Positions 63,653 through 64,000 of a stretch of 64,000 bases of DNA are shown here, piece by piece. Source of the DNA: Prochlorococcus sp. AG-679-M23. GTDB lineage: Bacteria > Cyanobacteriota > Cyanobacteriia > PCC-6307 > Cyanobiaceae. The DNA is taken from contig QCUR01000002.1 of assembly GCA_003208875.1 (NCBI GenBank), positions 210,337 through 274,336 of the forward strand, read 5' to 3'. The translations under genes and the position numbers were made by a program. Position 1 is the stretch's first letter. Each line of letters begins with the position of its first letter. The notes below the pieces were generated by a model. It was given only the letters and a program-made list of their open reading frames with translations. It did not search any database and was not told where the DNA came from.

Positions 63653-64000
63653 ATGAGTACAGTTAATTTAAATGATGCGACCAATAAGCCCTTATACGGC
63701 GAAAGACTAATAGAAGAATCAAAAATTATTTGTTTTGAAAATCCAAATAAAAAAAGAATTTATGAAATTTCAATTGAATTACCTGAATTTACGTGTAAAT
63801 GCCCATTTTCAGGTTATCCAGATTTTGCAAAATTAAATATCTTTTACCAGCCTAAGATGAAAGTATATGAGTTGAAATCCTTAAAACTTTATATTAATAA
63901 CTTTAGAGATCTCAAAATATCACATGAAGAAGTGGTTAACAGAATAATGGATGATCTTTTAAATGCAGCTGCGCCTCACTGGATTCATTTAAATGCTGAT
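63653..64000 (+). CDS. queF: NADPH-dependent preQ0 reductase QueF (type I), partial
   Basis: Not in the ORF track. MSTVNL...[16 protein letters not shown]...ELKSLKLY...SHEEV; runs off the window end. Confidence 0.95.
   Translation, partial: MSTVNLNDATNKPLYGERLIEESKIICFENPNKKRIYEISIELPEFTCKCPFSGYPDFAKLNIFYQPKMKVYELKSLKLYINNFRDLKISHEEVVNRIMDDLLNAAAPHWIHLNAD

Overview
This is a low-GC, very compact picocyanobacterial chromosome segment, most consistent with a high-light Prochlorococcus marinus (inferred from split rpoC1/rpoC2, Fd-GOGAT, an hli gene, PII with F51, AT-rich codon use and minimal intergenic space). It is almost all core genome: NlpC/P60 and a PBP-like serine hydrolase, a resolvase-like gene, lipA, glsF, rpsL-rpsG-fusA-tuf-rpsJ, pheA, rne-rnhB, dapL-clpS, a B12 radical SAM, a two-gene glycosyltransferase cassette, rimP-nusA-ylxR-infB, degP, rpiA, hisD, rpsT-tatD-rpoB-rpoC1-rpoC2, rlmN, a DUF2997-DUF1257-ferredoxin-AKR cluster, the bioF-bioK-bioC-bioD-bioA cluster, a helicase, purB-fumC, tlyA, glnB and a partial queF. 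I saw no tRNA, rRNA, CRISPR array, prophage or transposase. Four genes missing from the ORF track were found by hand: NlpC/P60 (1-656, minus), hli (45534-45686), a 41-aa membrane protein (46834-46959) and queF (63653 to the window end). The best lead is a serine-recombinase homolog that lacks its catalytic Ser and one catalytic Arg, keeps its HTH, and sits in an array of AACGTT-centred palindromes. Other leads are an uncharacterised small gene with an NtcA-like site in front of glnB, a similar NtcA-type promoter ahead of the DUF2997 operon, a hexapeptide repeat tract in IF2, and a surface-glycosylation cassette with a vestigial methyltransferase domain. All family assignments come from motif recognition; no database searches were run.
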